Shown: one piece after another, positions 1 to 9,809 of the stretch
Numbering within the stretch: position 1 is the stretch's first letter
How the letters are laid out: every line of letters begins with the position of its first letter
Origin: Candidatus Pelearchaeum maunauluense
GTDB taxonomy: Archaea; Thermoproteota; Nitrososphaeria_A; Caldarchaeales; Caldarchaeaceae
DNA: 51,454 bases
NCBI GenBank assembly: GCA_030059675.1
Contig: JANVYQ010000011.1
Coordinates: 1 to 51,454, forward strand
Direction: 5' to 3'
Notes under the pieces: model-generated
What the model was told of the DNA's origin: nothing
Databases searched by the model: none
Seen by the model: the letters and a program-made list of their open reading frames with translations, nothing else
Program-made: the position numbers and the translations under genes

Positions 1-195
1 TACGTCCTTTTTCAATTCTCCATTTACCTCTAAGGAGACCACTTCTCTCCATCTTCGTAAGAACTACGTAGATATAATTAGATCGTGGCTCGATACCTTC
101 ATTTTTAAATCGTTTATAATCTCATAACCTGTTGCTTCTTTGTGATCATGAAGAATTCTTAAAATATGCTTCTCAAGCTCATATCTGCTTAACAT
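1..195 (-). pseudogene. PadR-like winged-helix regulator, frameshifted (runs off window start)
   Basis: Manual translation from ATG 195: MLSRYELEKHILRILHDHKEATGYEIINDLK, then a frameshift in an A-run near 102-106, then NEGIEPRSNYIYVVLTKMERSGLLRGKW. The GYEI and IYxxLxxMExxGLL motifs are typical of PadR. Confidence 0.6.
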
Positions 196-262
196 GTAAG
201 AATAGTTACTTCATAATTGAGACGTATCTTGTTATATATAAGCGTTCATAAAAACACCGAAT

Positions 263-879
263 ATGTTAGTAGGAATGGGTTATAGAGGTTCGGAGGTTAA
301 CTTTGCTTTGTCGAATAAGGCCGTTTCAACTATTGTAGCGGTAAGCTTAGCGGTAATACTTTTAGTTGCTGGGTTTGCAGCTGGATTCTTAATAAGTTCT
401 AGCTCTTCTCAGTCTAGAATAGATTATTTGATGTCTGAGAACGAAAGCCTGAAGTCACGAGTGGATGTGTTAAAGACATCGCTGGAAGAATACAGTTATC
501 CTAGGAGGATAAGCTTACCGCCTGGTTATCAGCCTACCGGGCCAGTCGTTCCAACGATGGGGTAGCATGCGATAAATCCTGAGAAGATGCCGCTGGGGCC
601 TAAACTGCTCCTTGGCAAGGAGGCTCTCTTATAGGCGTTGAATACATGTTTACGCAAGACATGCTTAAGGAGGTGAAGATACAGACACCTGCAGGGCCTG
701 AGACAATATTTGCGCTTGATGGACTCCCAGTAAGTATCCCTGAACTCGGTATTAAAGCGGTTGTGAATCACATAAACATAGAATACTTACCACATGGTCA
801 TGAAGGATTCGAAGTGCTTCATTTTGATGTTCACATATACTTTGTTGACGCGGAAACGTTAGCTAAACTTACTACCTAG
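263..879 (+). pseudogene. Membrane-anchored His-rich protein (TTHB210/DUF5602-like), split by a stop and a frameshift
   Basis: ORFs 263-565 and 646-879 join through TAG 563-565 (VPTMG*HA) and a frameshift near 625 (LIGVEYMF). C-terminal PHGHEGFEVLHFDVHIYF motif. Confidence 0.5.
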
Positions 880-884
880 CTAGG

Positions 885-1385
885 TGATAAAACTGGTCGA
901 CGTAATTAATCTAGTATTAGGTTGGTTGCATTAATTAACGGTTATTGTCTGCATCGGGGTGCGATATTCTTTGATGTGATATTGCAGCCAGCTCTAAAGC
1001 CAGGCAATCATGACAACACTTTCTCACCGGAACAGGTTGGCCGAATTAATCAAGCTATCGTAAAGCGTTTTATGCCCCTCGTCTGGGGCGCAATAATACT
1101 CATAGCTATAACAGGCTTGGCAAGGCTGGTCACTTAGGCATTCTTACGTTAGGCACAATATTAGGAACCACTTACGGATTGGTATTATTAGCAAAGATGT
1201 TTATTTTCTTAATCATGGTAACAATAGGGCTTATCTTAACTAGGATAGGACTAAAGCTAGCTAAGGGAGCCTCTCCTGAATACGCGCAGAAAGCGCAGAA
1301 AAACATAAAGGTCTTATCAGAGATAAACATAGTTCTAGGCGTTGTAGTCATCTTACTAGCTGTGGCACTAAGGGTAGGAGTATAA
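885..1385 (+). pseudogene. CopD/DUF4149-like membrane protein, disrupted
   Basis: ORFs 922-1137 and 1179-1385 are hydrophobic fragments of one gene (WLH*..., GAIFFDVILQP, YGLVLLAKM) with internal stops and frameshifts. Confidence 0.5.
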
Positions 1386-1391
1386 ACCAAA

Positions 1392-2294
1392 TTAACCCTC
1401 TTTTGCAACTATTTCCACTACATTCCCATCTAGATCTTTCACTGTTATTCCCGTATAGTTATCTATTCTATTGAAAAGGGATTTACTAATTTCGTAATTA
1501 AACGCCTTTAGTTGATTTACTAGAAGATTTAACTGTTTCATCATGCTGAGTTTGATGGAGAAGCTTTTAAGCTGCACGCATTCGCTAGGCGTTGGAGAAG
1601 CGTTTACACCAGCCCATATGTTGGCTCCTATGTGGTGATGATACCCGCCCGCAGACATGAATAATGCACCTGGGTACCTTCTCATAGTTATGTCAAATCC
1701 TAAGATGTTATGGTAGAATTTTTCTGCTTTTTCTAGAGATGATACGTGGAGATGTATATGGCCTATCTTTGTCCCGCTAGGCATCACCCAGTCTTTGCTT
1801 AGTATATCCTTGGCTTCTCCCCGAACTTCTTTTAGCAGGTCATCTAGGTTTAGTGGGAGTGTTGCCATCTCTATTTCGTTAAGCTTATTATACCGCCATT
1901 TCTCGGCTGGTTTATCTGCATATATCTCGATTCCATGTCCGTCTGGGTCATGTAGGTATAGGGCTTCGCTTACTATATGGTCTCCAAAACCCTCAAAGTC
2001 CCAGCTATGGGCTATCCTTACGAACATCCTCGCCAAATCTCTGCGGCTCGGGAGTAGGATGGCATAGTGATATAGCCCTCTTGTGTTAGGTGGCTTAGGC
2101 TTCCCCCCTCTTTGCTCATACAATATAACCAGAGGCTCATTATCTTCAACACCCAGTCCAACACCTCTGTCGTTTACTTCACATACCCTTCTCAAACCCA
2201 GTAATCCAATATAGAAGTCTAGGGATCTATCTAAATCGGAGACGGTCAAACTAACCCATCCAATACCAGCAAGAGTATCAATCCTATACATCAC
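1392..2294 (-). CDS. VOC/glyoxalase family catechol 2,3-dioxygenase (CatE-like)
   Basis: [43 protein letters not shown] and [12 protein letters not shown] motifs. Confidence 0.9.
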   Translation of the reverse strand: MMYRIDTLAGIGWVSLTVSDLDRSLDFYIGLLGLRRVCEVNDRGVGLGVEDNEPLVILYEQRGGKPKPPNTRGLYHYAILLPSRRDLARMFVRIAHSWDFEGFGDHIVSEALYLHDPDGHGIEIYADKPAEKWRYNKLNEIEMATLPLNLDDLLKEVRGEAKDILSKDWVMPSGTKIGHIHLHVSSLEKAEKFYHNILGFDITMRRYPGALFMSAGGYHHHIGANIWAGVNASPTPSECVQLKSFSIKLSMMKQLNLLVNQLKAFNYEISKSLFNRIDNYTGITVKDLDGNVVEIVAKEG

Positions 2295-2314
2295 AAATCA
2301 CACAATACTCCCAT

Positions 2315-3181
2315 CTAGGAATCGCAGGTTAATGCTATCTTTGCTTTCCAGAAATAGTCGTTCCCAGCTTTATTACCGTAGATCAGACCTTTGTCGCTCA
2401 TGGACTTTAGCATCTCATATGCTTTATTCTTAGTTATATCCAGTAACGTTGCTACTTCCTGTGTAGCCACCTTACCCCACCGTCTAATGAAGCCTAAAAC
2501 CTCTTCCTCGCTCTTCTCTATTCTCTTCTTCTCTAGAGAGTTACCAGTGATTTCATCCAGCAACCCCTCGAAGTATTCATATCTCCTATACCCATGAACT
2601 AGATGCGCTCTGCCGTTTTCTAAGTTCTTTACAAGGAATGTCGGGAAGCCCGTTATCCCGGTGGACCTGCACTCCCGTAGATCTTCAAGAAAGGCCGCTT
2701 CAGCCCTTCTATTACGTATGTCCTCTACGAACTGATTAGCATCTAATCCAACCTCCTGCGCAAGCTCCGCCTGCACCTCAAGCCTATGTATATGCTTCCT
2801 CTCAGCAGCGGCAGCCTCCCTAAGCCTCCGAAGATACCGTTTAGCCAGTTCCCCATTCTGAAGCTCAGCAGCCTTAACAGCTATGTTGGCTGGGTAGGTT
2901 GATGTGAAGCTGTCCTTTATCTCGTAGAAAACCCTGCCATCCACAGGCATGCCGTGCCTACGTGAAGCATCCTCCCAGTGAGCTGCAACCTGCTCATACC
3001 AACGCTCACCGCCAATCTCGTTAAACGGATCATAGAAATCACGAATATCCCTGACCAACCCACCCATCTTATAAGATATCTCCGCCTGATCACCATAAAC
3101 CTCCTTAATCTTCCTCAAAATCGGCTCACTGCCCCAGCACCACGTGCAGTATGGATCTGTGTATTCTATTATCTCTATCAC
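2315..3181 (-). CDS. DsbA/YjbH-like thioredoxin-fold protein with C-terminal wHTH
   Basis: YTDPYCTWCWG CxxC and GITGFPT cis-Pro motifs. Confidence 0.85.
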   Translation of the reverse strand: MIEIIEYTDPYCTWCWGSEPILRKIKEVYGDQAEISYKMGGLVRDIRDFYDPFNEIGGERWYEQVAAHWEDASRRHGMPVDGRVFYEIKDSFTSTYPANIAVKAAELQNGELAKRYLRRLREAAAAERKHIHRLEVQAELAQEVGLDANQFVEDIRNRRAEAAFLEDLRECRSTGITGFPTFLVKNLENGRAHLVHGYRRYEYFEGLLDEITGNSLEKKRIEKSEEEVLGFIRRWGKVATQEVATLLDITKNKAYEMLKSMSDKGLIYGNKAGNDYFWKAKIALTCDS

Positions 3182-3207
3182 TGGAACAGTTGCATCATCA
3201 CCTCCTG

Positions 3208-3684
3208 TTATAGTCCTATGAGAGCATCTATGGAGAATGCGCCCCCTCCTAGGATTAGCGTTGCTATTGCGGCTGCTAGTATTACTGTGTCAAGCTCCCA
3301 GCCTGAGACGCCTGCCATATAGCCCCGCATGAAGTTTCTTGAAGCCTGTACCATCTGTGTTAGCATTTCAGGAGGTGGGACTTTTTTCCCGAGCTTCGTG
3401 AGGTAGAGTAGTGTTGTGCCTATCATTTCTAGGATGAAGAGTATCGAGACTATCCTAGTTAGGAGACCCAGTAAGAGAAATAGCCCTCCTAAGAACTCTA
3501 GTATGGCAACTAGGTCGAATAGGCCTCCAGGTATCCCAAGCTGCTGCATCATTCCCCGCATCTGGGACCTTGCCGGGCCCGCTAGCTTGGGTAATCCATG
3601 AATCATCATTAATACACCAACGGCTATCCGAACGGCGAGGGAAGCAACATCTGTGTAAGCTGTTAGGAAATCTAACAACGCCAT
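3208..3684 (-). CDS. DoxX family membrane protein (CatD-like)
   Basis: RIAVGVLMMIHGLPKL, EFLGGLFLLLGLLTR, GWELD and GGGAFSIDA motifs. Confidence 0.9.
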   Translation of the reverse strand: MALLDFLTAYTDVASLAVRIAVGVLMMIHGLPKLAGPARSQMRGMMQQLGIPGGLFDLVAILEFLGGLFLLLGLLTRIVSILFILEMIGTTLLYLTKLGKKVPPPEMLTQMVQASRNFMRGYMAGVSGWELDTVILAAAIATLILGGGAFSIDALIGL

Positions 3685-3733
3685 GTCACTCACCTTGTGC
3701 TATCTACTATACAAATGCAACTATATAAGCTTG

Positions 3734-3755
3734 TAACTGACATTTTTGTCAGTTA
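3734..3755. promoter_or_regulatory. Perfect inverted repeat TAACTGACA-TTTT-TGTCAGTTA, probable HxlR-family operator
   Basis: 9-bp perfect IR next to a TATA-like CTATATAAG (3721-3729), between the divergent doxX and hxlR genes. Confidence 0.75.
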
Positions 3756-3758
3756 GAT

Positions 3759-4145
3759 ATGAGAACTCAAAGGAAAATAATAAAGGAAGTGAATGATGAA
3801 ATATGTCCAATAGTTGAGTCTCTAATGAGAATCAAATCTATATGGAGACTTGTAGTTATACGATTTCTGCTAGACGGCCCTAAAGGCTTCAACGAACTAC
3901 TTAGAACAATCCCAGAGATAAATCCGAAAACGTTATCCAGAGCTCTTAAAACATTGCAAGAGGATGGATTAATTGAGAGGAAGATAATAAATACACGACC
4001 GTTCCTAGTTAAGTATCAGTTAACACAGAAAGGCTTAGAGCTTAAACCCACGCTAGTAAGCCTTAGAAGATGGGGAAATAAATGGGTTATAGAAGAAGCA
4101 ACAAATACTCCTAAGAGCAAAAATAAAGTTAAGCATTTTACGTAA
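3759..4145 (+). CDS. HxlR/DUF24 family redox-sensing regulator (YodB/CatR-like)
   Basis: N-terminal CPI, W, FNELLRTIPEINPKTLSRALKTLQEDGLIER and YQLTQKG motifs. Confidence 0.9.
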   Translation: MRTQRKIIKEVNDEICPIVESLMRIKSIWRLVVIRFLLDGPKGFNELLRTIPEINPKTLSRALKTLQEDGLIERKIINTRPFLVKYQLTQKGLELKPTLVSLRRWGNKWVIEEATNTPKSKNKVKHFT

Positions 4146-4184
4146 ATAGATGAAAGACTTAAACATATCTATGCATAAACTAGG

Positions 4185-4766
4185 ATGAAGCACATGAGTC
4201 TTATTGGCAAGAGGGTAGTAATAGTAGCTTTCTTGGTATTAGCCGTTGCAGTAGCCTCTTCTATTCTTTATTTAAGACAACCTTCTCCCGAGCGACAAGA
4301 AATAATAACCGCAGGAGAGGGATTTATCCTTCGAAGCCCCGCGTTTAAAGAAGGTGAAAGAATACCAGTCAAGTTTACATGTGATGGAGTGGATGTTTCA
4401 CCTCCTTTAGAGTGGCGCGGCATACCCAGAAATGCACGAAGCCTAGCAATCATAGTGGAGGATATAGACGCTCCAGCAGGAATATTCACCCACTGGATAC
4501 TATATAACATACCTGCGAATGTGGAAAAGATAGGAGAGAACGCGATACCGCCAAACGCTAAAGAAGGCATAAACGACTTCGGGAGAACAGGCTACACAGG
4601 GCCCTGCCCTCCCTCCGGTAAGCCGCACACATACGTGTTTAGGCTCTTAGCTCTAGATTTAGAAGGTTTAGCCATAAAGAAAACGCCTAATAGAGATACC
4701 TTCTTAAACACCATTAAAGGACACATTATAGCAGAAGCTAGGCTAACTGGGATATATTCCCGTTAA
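4185..4766 (+). CDS. YbhB/YbcL (PEBP/Raf kinase inhibitor-like) protein, membrane anchored
   Basis: TCDGVDVSPPL, DIDAP, FTHWILYNIP and GYTGPCPPSGKPHTY motifs. Confidence 0.9.
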   Translation: MKHMSLIGKRVVIVAFLVLAVAVASSILYLRQPSPERQEIITAGEGFILRSPAFKEGERIPVKFTCDGVDVSPPLEWRGIPRNARSLAIIVEDIDAPAGIFTHWILYNIPANVEKIGENAIPPNAKEGINDFGRTGYTGPCPPSGKPHTYVFRLLALDLEGLAIKKTPNRDTFLNTIKGHIIAEARLTGIYSR

Positions 4767-4929
4767 ATTCACGTTATAACACATTGGACTTAAGATATGC
4801 AACACGGATAAAAGCGAAACCTCCTTTAGCGAAAAATACTCTTTTTCAGCAAGTCTCATCATTATTTATCTTAACAACATGGCTAATAATTCAATTAGAA
4901 TTACTGCTTAGACGCTCGTGCTTCTACCA

Positions 4930-5208
4930 GCTATGCTAGGACCTGCCAGAGAGGAGCCATGCCGCGTCTGAAGCCAGCTATCTCCTGAACGATCTCTGTA
5001 ATCCTCTTTTCTAGCGATTCAAACCTCTTATCCAGAGAATTCCCCTCTTGCTTCAATTCTACCTAAGTTCATATCATATAGAAGTATTAAAGAGGCCTCT
5101 TGAACGATTAACTTTCTCTTAGCGGCCTTCTCTAAAATGGTCTCCAGCACAGGCTTGATAAGAGTATCAACAGCTACGTCAACAACCCTCTTAACTAACC
5201 TATCTCAT
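4930..5208 (-). pseudogene. Remnant of a coiled-coil (PaREP-like) gene
   Basis: Interrupted reading DRLVKRVVDVAVDTLIKPVLETILEKAAKRKL...LDKRFESLEKRI; no intact ORF. Confidence 0.3.
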
Positions 5209-5298
5209 ACGAATAACGTTGAAAGAGATACATAAATCTACCGTGAAAGCAAAATAAGCATTAATATTTTTTTCCTGCGCGGGTTAGACTCTCCTTGT

Positions 5299-6003
5299 AT
5301 GAGGACTACGGTCTCTGTCATAAAAGCGGATGTTGGAAGTGTTGCTGGTTATCACAGGCCGCACCAGGAGATGCTCGATTATGCCGCTAAGAAGCTGAAG
5401 GAAGCAGAAGAAACAGGGCTGCTCGGTTCAGGCTACGTAACGCACTGCGGAGACGACATTATATTGGTTATGACTCATAACAAGGGAGAGAATAAACCTG
5501 AGATTCGTCGTCTTGCGTGGAACATCTTCAAGGAAGTAACAGACAAGGTATCGAAGAAGCTTAAACTATATGGCGCTGGACAAGTTTTGCTGAGTGATGC
5601 TTTCAGCGGAAACGTGCGTGGATTAGGGCCTGATGTAGCTGAGCTAGAGTTTAACGAGAGAGGCTCGGACCCGATAGTAGTCTTTGCTGCTGACAAAACA
5701 GAGCCAGGAGCATGGAATATTCCGTTGTATAGAATCTTCGCATCACCAGACAACACAGCAGGCCTCGTGATAGACCCAAGACTACACGACGGATTCAAGT
5801 TTGAGGTTCTGGATTTGATAGAATCACAAGTCGTAACTTTAAAGACACCCGAAGAGATGTATGATTTGATTGGTCTGATCGGCACTCCTGGACGCTACGC
5901 CGTCTCAAAGATTTACCGCGCAGTCGACAACGAGCCCGCAGCCGCAGCCAGCACCACGAGGCTAAGTCTAATCGCCGGTCGCTATGTTGGAAAAGAGAAT
6001 TAG
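5299..6003 (+). pseudogene. fbp: Truncated second copy of fructose-1,6-bisphosphate aldolase/phosphatase
   Basis: Protein nearly identical to the first 232 aa of the copy at 10825, but stops at YVGK-EN*. It carries substitutions at conserved sites (GHH>GYH, GQD>GQV, GPG>GPD). Confidence 0.9.
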
Positions 6004-6155
6004 TGGTAGTAGTAAACCATTATAAAATTAGCTAACACTTAGTTAAGCCCTTTAAATCATTATAAACACGCTATCTTGCTAGCTTGTTACTGTTATAGTG
6101 CGGGGACGAATATTGTTTAAAACTGATATATGTATGCGCATACATATGTAGAGGT

Positions 6156-6380
6156 ATGACAAAGGTTATATCGCTCTCGGATGAGGCTTACACGGCCCTT
6201 AAAAGAATAAAGAGAGAAGGGGAGTCGTTTTCCGATGTAATACTACGCCTCGTGGGTCAGGTGAAGTATAGGCCCTTGTCAGAGTTTGCTGGCAGATGGG
6301 CTGGCAACGACATAGACAACGTGTTTGAAGAAATCCTGCGTGAAAGAGAAAGAGCCAGGTCAAGAGAGGTTTCCATCTAG
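6156..6380 (+). CDS. VapB-type antitoxin (DUF217-like)
   Basis: KVISLSDEAYTALKRIKREGESFSDVILRL motif, upstream of a PIN gene. Confidence 0.85.
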   Translation: MTKVISLSDEAYTALKRIKREGESFSDVILRLVGQVKYRPLSEFAGRWAGNDIDNVFEEILRERERARSREVSI

Positions 6381-6772
6381 ATGGTATGCCTAGACACCAT
6401 ATAATCGTAGCCCTACTCCGCGGAGATAATAAAGCTGTAGAAACTATAGAGGAGCTGCAAAGAACAGGTGAGCAACTTAAAACTACAATGATAACTGCCT
6501 ATGAGCTTCTTAAAGGCGCAGCCATCTCAAGTAAAGCAGCTGAGAATATCAAGACGGTGAAGGAACTCCTCCATAATGTAACCATACTGGGACTAGACAT
6601 AGACGCTTGCGAAAAAGCAGGCTTGATATACAGCGACTTAAGGCGGAGCGGAAAGATGATTAGCGAGTTCGACATATTAATAGCAGCCATAGTCCAACAT
6701 AACAGAGAAACGCTAATAACCAGAGACAAACACTTCCAAGAAATCACAGCAATTAATATAAGACAATGGTAA
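6381..6772 (+). pseudogene. vapC: VapC PIN toxin with 5' frameshift
   Basis: ATG 6381 reads MVCLDT, then a 1-nt deletion gives ATA TAA. The rest (IIVALLRG...TAYEL...FDILIAA...LITRDKHF) is in another frame, so the first catalytic Asp is disconnected. Confidence 0.8.
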
Positions 6773-6932
6773 AAATTCATGTCGTAGCTGAATTATTTTT
6801 AATTAAGATTACCTTTTTGGAGGTGCCATGATTTCTCTGTGCTAATGGATGTGAGTGTAAATGTTTAATGTCAGTAAAGGGGCGGGTAATTGTTTAAAAA
6901 TAGTTATGGTGTATTGTTTTGAGTGACGGTTG

Positions 6933-7235
6933 TTGGATTTAATACTTTCTAGGCATGCGAGTGAGAAGATTAAGCTGAGAGGGTTGAGTATGGAGCTTAT
7001 TAAGCAGGTATGAAATAACCCTGAACAGCTTTACTTTGACGTTGTTACGAGGCTTTATGTAGCTATTAGACATGTAGAGTTTCATGGTGAGAAGATTCCT
7101 ATGGTAGTTATTTACAGAACCGAGAAGGGCAGACATTATATCGCTATGGCATATCCCTGCAAGGAATTCAAAGAGGAAGCTGAGAGAAAAGTTAAAAAGG
7201 GAAGATGGATAAAGGTAGGTGTAAGAGAAGCATGA
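6933..7235 (+). pseudogene. DUF4258 (RelE/BrnT-like) toxin with in-frame TGA at 7011-7013
   Basis: Manual translation LILSRHASEKIKLRGLSMELIKQV*NNPEQ...AMAYP...KKGRWIKV. The stop overlaps the ATG of the DUF2283 gene. Confidence 0.75.
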
Positions 7236-7450
7236 AGGTAACCTACGACCCTGAAGCAGACATTATTTACGTGGCCTTAAGAGATGGCGAGGTCTATGAT
7301 AGCAGAGAGGAGAATGAGGATATTAGGTTGGAATATGACAAGGAAGGACAGCTAATAGGAATAGAGATAATGAACGCAAGAGCAAATCTCATAGCAGCTA
7401 TTGCAAAGGAAATATCAAGAGAAATAAACAACAATCTACAGATAAGATAA
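7232..7450 (+). CDS. DUF2283 putative antitoxin
   Basis: MKVTYDPEADIIYVAL...EYDKEGQLIGIEIMNA. Confidence 0.85.
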   Translation: MKVTYDPEADIIYVALRDGEVYDSREENEDIRLEYDKEGQLIGIEIMNARANLIAAIAKEISREINNNLQIR

Positions 7451-7510
7451 TTTTACTTAACCAACAACATCATCCTCGCGAACAAATATTCCTAAACTTT
7501 TTTCCTACAA

Positions 7511-7723
7511 TCATGTTATTATGGCGCCTTCTGCTTTTAGCGTTTTCTCTAGGGTTTCTTTTCCTAGAGTTGATGATGCGTCTAGGATTTCTATCGCGAG
7601 TATTCTACCTTCACCGTCAATGTCTATTATTACGTTCTCGTTTATCTCTTCGCTGTAAGCGTAGCTCCCGTCCCTAATCCTTATGTAGAGGACATCAGTA
7701 TCTCTATCATACTCCACGATCAT
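7511..7723 (-). CDS. DUF2283 putative antitoxin
   Basis: MIVEYDRDTDVLYIRI...DIDGEGRILAIEILDAS. Confidence 0.85.
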   Translation of the reverse strand: MIVEYDRDTDVLYIRIRDGSYAYSEEINENVIIDIDGEGRILAIEILDASSTLGKETLEKTLKAEGAIIT

Positions 7724-7986
7724 GCTCGCCTCACCCTCCTATACCTCTCGGGCCTTGCCCAATAAGCCGTAACAACGATCTTCTCTCCCTCCCTCTCCTC
7801 ATATACTACGCTTATGAGTAGATTTCCAAGACCTGCTTTTAAATATTCCCTCTCAGCTATCAAACGTCCTCGTCTACCCTCAATCACATCATCAGGATTC
7901 TTTTAGACCTCATCTATTAAGGAATCAGGGATATTCCTTAGGGCTATCTTCCTCCTAACACCCTCAGTAGCGTAACGCCAAACCAT
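7720..7986 (-). pseudogene. DUF4258 toxin with in-frame TAA at 7905-7903
   Basis: MVWRYATEGVRRKIALRNIPDSLIDEV*KNPDDVIEG...VVYEEREGEKIVVTAYW. ATGA overlap with the DUF2283 gene. Confidence 0.75.
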
Positions 7987-7999
7987 AGCAAAGACAACC

Positions 8000-8847
8000 C
8001 TACTAGGTAGTATCGCGTTTTTTGAAGTAGTTCGTGAAGCTTTTGTTTAACAGCAGTTGCAGATTGTAGATCACTATTAGGCCTCTTAGCCTTAGTGTAA
8101 AAGAACGCTGTAACAAATATTGTATTCCAAGGTATATATTCTTCAGTCCACAACGCTCTGCCTTTCACGGTCTTTCTCTCTATCTAGCGCTATCCTAGTT
8201 ACCCTAACCAAAGATCTTTCAAGCGCTCTTAATGCATCATTATCATTAAGCAAGACTATTCTTCCCTGTTATATTCCAAGAAGATTCTCAAGCTGCTCAA
8301 TATCATTTGATCTATCAACTTTACATTCTAAATCTATTTCTTCGTTAATAACTATCTTATTTATAGCAGCAATTTTAAGCAGACTTTCAGCTTTTTGCGA
8401 AGCTTTACATTCACCATAGTTTATAGATAATTTTGATAAATTCTGCATGTAGTTGTATTCTATTCCAATCATATTCAATAATTCATTAAAACGATTAAGC
8501 AATAAAGGAGAAGTAACATATGCATATACACCTTCTAAGCTTCTAACCGGGAACACTAATGTAAAAGCATCAAGTATAGCTACTGCTGAGGTAAATTTTT
8601 CCTCATCCTCAAGGTCAGGCCCAAACAAGGTAATTGCAGCATTCCTGTCGAATTGCCATAACGCACTCTTTAAAACGCCTTTAAGGCTAGAGGAATATAT
8701 TATGGGAAAGCCTAAGTTATCCTTTTGGACCGGCAGGTCAACTATTCCGCCTGCTCTGCCTACACCTGGATGAAGGTTAGTTAACGATTTCAATAGAACT
8801 ATTTCAGAGGCCTCATAAGGACTTATAACAGGATGTTGCGTGCTCAT
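8000..8847 (-). pseudogene. cmr4: Type III-B CRISPR RAMP Cmr4, broken and 3'-truncated
   Basis: LHPGVG, VDLPVQKD, PIIYSSSLKGVLK, LFGPD, FPVRSL; stop at 8269; continues VTRIALD...LWTEEYIP in shifted frames; lacks the terminal G-rich loop. Confidence 0.85.
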
Positions 8848-8851
8848 TTTC

Positions 8852-9652
8852 TTAACCTCCGAATAGAACATGGTATAGAAGTCTTCCTATAGGCATAAGT
8901 TCATAGTAACCATCAACCTCTTTTATTAACCAATAATCATTCTCCATCTCGTCAGCTATCTGTTCTCCAAACTTGCGATGAAACTCCTCTTTAGGTATTC
9001 TCTTATTAATAAGCTCAATTAACGCAGCCGAATATTTCTTCATTATTTGGTAATTCCACTCCACCGGAAGTCCTGGAATAGCAATGTGTGTTCTAAAGGT
9101 CTCATGTCTGTAGTAAACAGAAACTCCGTGAAGATTAGCAATTAAAGTAACAATCGCGGTTTCTGGTTTAAATCCACCAGTAGCACATATATAAACTCTA
9201 TCACTCTCCTTATGCTTCTTTATTAAATCCCACACCCTCATAGCGAGGTTAGCTAAACCTTCCTTAGAAAACGCAATTTCATCTCTATACCCATTTACTT
9301 TTACAGTTTCAACATGTAAGCCATATCCATTTCGTAAATAAGAGCTAAGAACACGCGAGCATAAGTCACCTACCTCTGTATCAGTATAGAGAAGGTAGGC
9401 AAAGTCTATCTTCTTTTCTTTTAAAAATTTAGCCATACTAGCAATCTCTGCACTAGCTTCATCGCCTCTCTGCTCTAAGAATCTAATCAACTTTTTGAAT
9501 AATTCATTTTTGTTTACTTTACTGTTTCTTAACTTCTCTTCTATTTGGTCGATCCTACTTGTTCCTAGCATATTTTTAATTTCTTCATAATTAGCAGCGT
9601 TTGTGAGAAGGCTAGCTCCGACGGTAACTATATGGATGCGCTTCCTAACCAT
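8852..9652 (-). CDS. CARF-domain CRISPR-associated protein, APE2256/Sso1393 family (Crn1-like ring nuclease)
   Basis: IVTVGASLL, SAEI, YTDTEVG, ATGGFKPE and YYRHE motifs, plus C-terminal wHTH-like region. Confidence 0.8.
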   Translation of the reverse strand: MVRKRIHIVTVGASLLTNAANYEEIKNMLGTSRIDQIEEKLRNSKVNKNELFKKLIRFLEQRGDEASAEIASMAKFLKEKKIDFAYLLYTDTEVGDLCSRVLSSYLRNGYGLHVETVKVNGYRDEIAFSKEGLANLAMRVWDLIKKHKESDRVYICATGGFKPETAIVTLIANLHGVSVYYRHETFRTHIAIPGLPVEWNYQIMKKYSAALIELINKRIPKEEFHRKFGEQIADEMENDYWLIKEVDGYYELMPIGRLLYHVLFGG

Positions 9653-9809
9653 TAATAATCAGCTCATAAAACTCATATATAAGCGCTTAACACTATAAAG
9701 CTTAATTTCTTAATGTTTGTTTAATAATGCATGGCAATAAACATCCTATTTCCCATTCTAACATTCTTGATAAGAATGCTTTAATATATTTTCTACATAA
9801 GGTGCTTTT

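Noticed and set aside
6386-6772. Intact VapC starting MPRHH
   Set aside because: The conserved LDT start is in another frame from 6381, so the track ORF lacks the first catalytic Asp.
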